Below are positions 56,966-64,000 of a stretch of 64,000 nucleotides of DNA, piece after piece. The DNA is from Macrostomum lignano (lineage: Eukaryota). The translations under genes were made by a program, and so were the position numbers. The notes under the pieces are model-generated. The model worked only from the letters and a program-made list of their open reading frames with translations. It was not told the origin of the DNA and ran no database searches. The stretch lies in the NCBI GenBank assembly GCA_002269645.1, contig NIVC01002972.1, positions 18,097 to 82,096 of the forward strand. The letters run 5' to 3'. Every line of letters begins with the position of its first letter. Position 1 is the first letter of the stretch.

Positions 56966-58214
56966 CTCGGAAGTGAGTAAACCAATATTTGCATTTGACC
57001 TGGCTTCTTGACCGGAAAAACCTATATATGCATGCGTGTGTCTATTTTGTTCTCACTAAACTATCATTTTGCCAAATGATAATAAATGTAAAATGAATTT
57101 CATATATATATATATATTATATATACATATAAATAGCAAACTTGAAAATTCTGCGTTTGTAGTGTAATCAATAATCAACTTTATGCACTTGTACGTTTGT
57201 ATTTTTGATCAATAATTTTTCTTTGTCACTAATAAATGACCGTCCGTATTTAATAATAATTATTATTATTGTGGCTGTCTGCCGTGGCTTAAATCGTTTT
57301 GTTATGTCATATTTTAAATGATGTAATGTGCATCACTTTATAAATGGTATATTTATAAAGTATTAGTTACTGTATTGTGATTTTTATTCAATATTGTAAT
57401 CCATCTGTTTTAACAAATATTAAAGTTCCAAGACTATTGCTACTCACAGTTATAGTTGCAAGAAGACCGCGATTCCTTTCTCGGAATGGTTAATTAAAAT
57501 ATGTGCATACTGAAACTATAAAATATAGATATGTTTGTTTGTTTTATTAAACTGAGGCTGTCACTATTTAGTTACTGTTGGTGCACTTGTGCTAAAATAC
57601 GCGTATATCTAAATGTGTACCGAGTGTAAACATTGTGCTAAACCTATTTTTTAACAAAGTAGGAAAAATACCTAGTGTTACATGCCCTTAGAGTTCAATG
57701 TCTCGTACTTGTGTTCCTTTGCATCTTTTCATGCGTTTTCAAATTATTTCTAAAAATAATGAAAATAATTTTTTAAATCTAACTACTCTGTGTGTGCATC
57801 CATTGGTTAGTACGTTTGTTGCATTGTTGTAGATTAATATATATTGTGTGTGCTCTGCTGCGCGCGTTACTATCGGTAACTAATATTGTTTACGATCAAA
57901 AACTATATATTTAACATAATAAGATCATGTACGAATCAATGTTGAATATCGCGCTGGATAATACAGCGGTGACAAATTATTAAAAAAAAGACTTTTTATG
58001 AGGCTATATATGTGGCTATGGATTTTCGAGAGGTTTGTCTTTATTTATTTAATTGGTAATTACGGCGCTCTTGTAGAAGCAGCACCTCTGTCAGTTAGTA
58101 TGGACAGTTGAGAAAATACTGCTGCAAGTTGATAATATTAATTATGATTATAATTAACTGGGTAGTTAGTTAGATTTCACTGACGAGCTAAATACATTTT
58201 CTCTGTAGATAACC

Positions 58215-59260
58215 ATAATTTTCTGGGTAGCTAATTAAAATTTGTTCGGTAGCTAATTAGAATTTGTTCGGTAGCTAATTAGAGTTTGTTCGTTAGCTAA
58301 TTAGAATATGTTCGGTAGCTAATTAGAATTTGTTCGGTTGGTAATTAGAATTTGTTCGGTAGCTAATTAGAAATTGTTCGGTAGCTAATTAGAATTTGTT
58401 CGGTAACTAATTAGAAATTGTTCGGTAGCTAATTAGAATTTGTTCGGTAACTAATTAGCATTTGTTCGGTAGCTAATTAGAATTTGTTCGGTAACTAATT
58501 AGCATTTGTTCGGTAGCTAATTAGAATTTGTTCGGTAGCTAGTTAGAATTTGTTCGGTAGATTGTTAGAATTTGTTCGGTAGCTAATTAGAATTTGTTCG
58601 GTAGCTAATTAGAATTTGTTGGGTAGCTAATTAGAAATTGTTCGGTAGCTAATTAGCATTTGTTCGGTAGCTAATTAGAATTTGTTCGGTAACTAATTAG
58701 CATTTGTTCGGTAGCTAATTAGAATTTGTTCGGTAGCTAGTTAGAATTTGTTCGGTAGATTGTTAGAATTTGTTCGGTAGCTAATTAGAATGCTAATTAG
58801 CTAGAACTACAAGATCTACTAGATCTATTCAAATTCTAATTAGAATTTGTTCGGTAGATTGTTAGAATTTGTTCGGTAGCTAATTAGAATTTGTTCAGTA
58901 GATTGTTAGAATTTTTCGGTAGCTAATTAGAATTTGTTTGGTAGCTAGTTAGAATTTGTTCGGTAGCTAATTAGAAATTGTTCAGTAGTTAATTAGAATT
59001 TTTTCGGTAGCTGATTAGAATTTGTTCGGTAGCTAATTAGAATTTGTTCAGTAGCTAATTAGAAATTGTTCGGTAGCTGATTAGAATTTGTTCGATAGCT
59101 AATTAGAATTTGTTCGGTAGCTAATTAGAATTTGTTCAGTAGCTAATTAGAATTTGTTCGGTTGGTAATTAGAATTTGTTCGGTAGCTAATTAGAATTTG
59201 TTCAGTAGGTAATTAGAATTTGTTCGTTAACTGATTAGAATTTGTTGGGTAGCTAATCAA
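58215..59260. repeat. 22-bp minisatellite TAGCTAATTAGAATTTGTTCGG
   Basis: Period 22; palindromic core CTAATTAG. Confidence 0.95.
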
Positions 59261-59453
59261 AGTTCGCTGGTAGTGGCAACGTAGTATCTATATGGTTGTT
59301 AACTGGTTCAGTGTAGTAATAAAAGTTAATTAGCTGAATAATATGATAGTCAAGGATTGACAGTTGTAAATATTGGAATAAATGAGCTGTCTAATTAAAT
59401 ACAAATACGGATGCAATGTCTTTATATGCCTTGTTTTGCAGCGAAATCTTCAA

Positions 59454-59540
59454 ATGGGAGAAGTTCGCGATGCAGCCATCACCCTTAGCAACAGCATTAT
59501 CGGTGTGGCAATTCTCGCTATGCCCTACTGCTTTGCCCAG
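59454..59540 (+). CDS. SLC38A10: First coding exon of an SLC38A10-like amino-acid transporter (gene continues beyond the window)
   Basis: MGEVRDAAITLSNSIIGVAILAMPYCFAQ resembles the SLC38/AAAP TM1 motif NSIVGVSVLTMPFCF; acceptor ttgcag ends at 59441, donor CAG|GTGTGT at 59540/1. No next exon recognised in the window. Confidence 0.75.
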
Positions 59541-59689
59541 GTGTGTGTGTTGCCAATGATGCTTTTGCATATGAAAATCACTTTGCGTTGTATTTAATAA
59601 CTAGCATTAGTTGACGGGTTTCAGCTGGTTCTGTTCGAGCTTGATGATGGATTCTGTCAATAATTCACGTCTATTCATAAATCCGTGTT

Positions 59690-61740
59690 TTAGATCTTAT
59701 TCAGTAGATCTTTTATTTATAGATCTTATTCAGTAGATCTTGTAGTTCTAGATCTATTCAGTAGATCTTGTAGTTCTAGATCTATTAGTTCTAGATGTAT
59801 TCAGTAGATCTTGTAGTTCTAGATGTATTCAGTAGATCTTGTAGTTCTAGATGTATTCAGTAGATCTTGTAGTTCTAGATCTATTCAGTAGATCTTGTAG
59901 TTCTAGATCTATTCAGTAGATCTTGTAGTTCTAGATGTATTCAGTAGATCTTTTAGTTCTAGATGTATTCAGTAGATCTTGTAGTTCTAGATCTATTCAG
60001 TAGATCTTGTAGTTCTAGATCTATTCAGTAGATCTTGTAGTTCTAGATCTATTCAGTAGATCTTGTAGTTCTAGATCTATTCAGTAGATCTTGTAGTTCT
60101 AGATCTATTCAGTAGATCTTGTAGTTCTAGATCTATTCAGTAGATCTTGTAGTTCTAGATCTATTCAGTAGATCTTGTAGTTCTAGATCTATTCAGTAGA
60201 TCTTGTAGTTCTAGATCTATTCAGTAGATCTTGTAGTTCTAGATCTATTCAGTAGATCTTGTAGTTATAGATCTTGTAGTTATAGATCTTGTAGTTATAG
60301 ATCTATTCAATAGATCTTGTAGTTCTAGATGTATTCAGTAGATCTTGTAGTTCTAGATCTTGTAGTTATAGATCTTGTAGTTATAGATCTATTCAATAGA
60401 TCTTGTAGTTCTAGATGTATTCAGTAGATCTTGTAGTTCTAGATGTATTCAGTAGATCTTGTAGTTCTAGATCTATTCAGTAGATCTTGTAGTTCTAGAT
60501 CTATTCAGTAGATCTTGTAGTTCTAGATCTTGTAGTTATAGATCTTGTAGTTATAGATCTATTCAATAGATCTTGTAGTTCTAGATGTATTCAGTAGATC
60601 TTGTAGTTCTAGATCTTGTAGTTCTAGATCTTGTAGTTCTAGATGTATTCAGTAGATCTTGTAGTTCTAGATCTATTCAGTAGATCTTGTAGTTATAGAT
60701 CTATTCAGTAGATCTTGTAGTTCTAGATGTATTCAGTAGATCTTGTAGTTCTAGATCTATTCAGTAGATCTTGTAGTTCTAGATCTATTCAGTAGATCTT
60801 GTAGTTCTAGATCTATTCAGTAGATCTTGTAGTTATAGATCTATTCAATAGATCTTGTAGTTCTAGATGTATTCAGTAGATCTTGTAGTTCTAGATCTAT
60901 TCAGTAGATCTTGTAGTTCTAGATCTATTCAGTAGATCTTGTAGTTATAGATCTATTCAGTAGATCTTGTAGTTATAGATCTTGTAGTTATAGATCTATT
61001 CAGTAGATTTGTAGTTATAGATCTATTCAGTAGATCTTGTAGTTATAGATCTATTCAGTAGATCTTGTAGTTCTAGATCTATTCAGTAGATCTTGTAGTT
61101 CTAGATGTATTCAGTAGATCTTGTAGTTCTAGATCTATTCAGTAGATCTTGTAGTTCTAGATCTATTCAGTAGATCTTGTAGTTCTAGATCTATCAGTAG
61201 ATCTTGTAGTTCTAGATCTATTCAGTAGATCTTGTACTTCTAGATCTATTCAGTAGATCTTGTAGTTATAGATCTATTCAGTAGATCTTGTAGTTATAGA
61301 TCTATTCAGTAGATCTTGTAGTTATAGATCTATTCAGTAGATCTTGTAGTTATAGATCTATTCAGTAGATCTTGTAGTTATAGATCTATTCAGTAGATCT
61401 TGTAGTTCTAGATCTATTCAGTAGATCTTGTAGTTCTAGATGTATTCAGTAGATCTTGTAGTTCTAGATCTATTCAGTAGATCTTGTAGTTATAGATCTT
61501 GTAGTTATAGATCTATTCAGTAGATCTTGTAGTTCTAGATCTATTCAGTAGATCTTGTAGTTCTAGATGTATTCAGTAGATCTTGTAGTTCTAGATCTAT
61601 TCAGTAGATCTTGTAGTTCTAGATCTATCAGTAGATCTTGTAGTTCTAGATCTATTCAGTAGATCTTGTAGTTCTAGATCTATTCAGTAGATCTTGTAGT
61701 TCTAGATCTATTCAGTAGATCTTGTAGATCTATTCCGTAG
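59690..61740. repeat. 28-bp minisatellite TAGATCTATTCAGTAGATCTTGTAGTTC in the SLC38 intron
   Basis: Period 28, with short 16-bp deletion variants. Confidence 0.97.
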
Positions 61741-62299
61741 ATCAAAGTGCAAAGTCATATTCAAAATACTATTTTCATAACCTGAATCAACACCTACATA
61801 AACAAAAGCTGTTTACTGGGATTGAAGATGCAGGGATTGCAGAAGTATAGGATTCACTGAGTAATTAGACTCTTATCACTATGGGATGCTGCAGAGGCAG
61901 ACTATTCCCATATGACCATTGCGCAGCAGATGATTTTCTAGCCTGCCGGGATGCACAATTTCCTTTCGTAAATTAGAACAATAATTAAGTTGTTTTTAAG
62001 CATAAAAATGTTGAATTACTCGATAAATTAATATATGCAGCACTAGAAATGCTTAATTAATTAGCTCGTATTGCGAGTTTTGTCACGATCTAGCTGGGAC
62101 ACTTTTTTAAGTTCCGAAGGTTTATCTTATTTCTGCGAAATTATGTATAGTTCTCTATACTTCTCTACTACTAACGATGATACTTTAAGAGGGGTCGCCA
62201 AGCTGTGTGCTAACCAGTTTTTAGTATTGTAGTTAGCTAGTTCTAGTGCCTATCGTTTCCATGGTTTAAGCTGGCTGAATCCTCTGTTTCTTATGCTAA

Positions 62300-62300
62300 A

Positions 62301-62335
<35 letters not shown>

Positions 62336-62337
62336 GC

Positions 62338-62368
<31 letters not shown>

Positions 62369-62535
62369 CCTGTCTGTCTGTCTGTCTGCCTGCCTGTCTG
62401 TCTGTCTGTCTGCCTGTCTGTCTGTCTGTCTGTCTATGTGTCTGTATTTATATCTGTCTGTCTAAGTGTCTGTCTGTCTGCCTGTCTATCTGTTTTTTCT
62501 TCTGTCTTCCGTCTGCCTGCGTATCTGCCTGTCTA
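62300..62535. repeat. (TCTG)n/(CCTG)n microsatellite
   Basis: Direct reading. Confidence 0.9.
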
Positions 62536-63109
62536 CCTCTTAGTCCTGGTCAATAGTCAATCATTATAACCATGCACCAGTTATCCAGTAAGCAATCACG
62601 TTATGAACGCACTAGAAACGCTAATTAAAAGTTACGACCTAAAAAGTTACAGATTTTGGTTTCACTCGCAGTGCTCTGCATCTTTAACATAATGTCTAGC
62701 ATTGATTTGTCAATTTATTGCGCAGTTAGCAATCTTCATTTTGCACTTTTAGTTTTCCGGCTGTGAGCAGCTTGGTGCCTCTGAGTTGAAAAATTATGAA
62801 ACTCGAAATTCGAGCTCAGTCTGCTGATGAAGGTGGAGGGTGAACAGGGGAAGGAGGGCTTAACAGGGTTTCCCCAGCCTCTCTCGTTTTATCCCCGAGA
62901 AGCTTTAAAGCTGATTAACGTTGCAACTGCCTTTGTGTCCCGGGAGAGTGGGCCTTCTCTAGTGTCTCTCAAATGATAAATTCTTTATAATCTGCTTCAT
63001 AAAACCTAAGCAGGTGCCAGTGCAAGCCCAGTTTTAATCTTTTCGATTAATTCGGTGATAGGAACGTGTAAATGCATTTAGAATCATGGGCAGAGTTTTA
63101 GGGAGAGAC

Positions 63110-63930
63110 GTATGTTGAGATTAGAGAGAGTCAATGAGAGATCTAGATGTTGAGATTAGAGAGAGTCAATGAGAGATCTAGATGTTGAGATTAGAGAGAG
63201 TCAATGAGAGATCTAGATGTTGAGATTAGAGAGAGTCAATGAGGGATAGATGTTGAGATTAGAGAGAGTCCATGATAGATCTAGATGTTGAGATTAGAGA
63301 GAGTCAATGAGGGATAGATGTTGAGATTAGAGAGAGTCCATGAGAGATAGATGTATAGATTAGAGAGTCAAGATAGATGTTTGGATTAGAGAGAGTCAAT
63401 GAGAGATGTTGAGTTTAGAGTGTCAAGGAGAGATAAATGTATGGATTAGAGCGTGTCAATGAGAGATAGATGTATTTATTAGAGGAGTCAATGAGAGATA
63501 GATGTTGAAATTGAAGAGAGTAAATAAGAGATAGATGTATAGATTAGAGAATAGAGAGTCAAGATGGATGTTTGGATTAGAGAGAGTCAGTGAGAGATGT
63601 TGAGTTTAGAGTGTCAATGAGAGATAAATGTATTTATTAGAGGGAGTCAATGAGAGATAGATGTTGAGATTGAAGAGAGTCAATAACAGATAGATGTATA
63701 GATTAGAGAATAGAGAGTCAAGATGGATGTTTGGATTAGAGAGAGTCAATGAGAGATGTTGAGTTTAGAGTGTCAGGGAGAGATAGATGTTGAGATTAGA
63801 GAGAATCAAGGAGATTGATTTTGAGTTTAGATTGTCAAGGAAGATAAATGTATGAATTAGAGAGGGAGTCAATGAGAGATATATGTTGAACTTAGAGGGA
63901 GTCAATGAGAGATAGATGTTGAGATTAGAG
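63110..63930. repeat. ~35-bp degenerate minisatellite GAGATTAGAGAGAGTCAATGAGAGATCTAGATGTT
   Basis: Period 35 at the start, diverging distally. Confidence 0.9.
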
Positions 63931-64000
63931 TTGGCGTCAAGGAGCGGTGTTCATCGCTAAACGAATATATGATTAATGTCTATAAAATAACGTTGGCTGA

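Overview
Eukaryotic, intron-rich animal DNA that is extremely rich in tandem repeats. The style (a distinct minisatellite in almost every intron, GACA/GATA microsatellites, poly-Q/poly-A proteins) suggests a flatworm such as Macrostomum; this is inference only. Seven protein-coding genes were reconstructed by hand from GT-AG junctions with consistent phases: (1) a single-exon secreted/GPI-like protein (649-1467, -); (2) a 6-exon chloride-dependent animal alpha-amylase (8585-14674, -); (3) a 5-exon synaptotagmin-like TM+2xC2 protein (19336-25040, +); (4) a 5-exon ~600-aa unknown protein (31675-36338, -); (5) 6-exon PIG-A (38791-42515, -) with one apparent frameshift; (6) a 3-exon NCoR/SMRT corepressor (48683-55042, +) with two apparent frameshifts; (7) the first coding exon of an SLC38A10-like transporter (59454-59540, +). 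Between PIG-A and NCoR lies a DNA-transposon cluster: a foldback element (perfect 9-bp TSD) with a nested MITE (perfect 8-bp TSD), and a second MITE sitting next to a decayed Merlin/ISXO2-type element at an apparently shared target site. About 35 distinct tandem arrays occur; 19 of 20 complete introns contain one, and two arrays carry short footprints of a neighbouring array lying across an exon. No CRISPR, rRNA or tRNA was recognised. Most long ORFs in the supplied track are repeat artefacts. Repeat boundaries are approximate.
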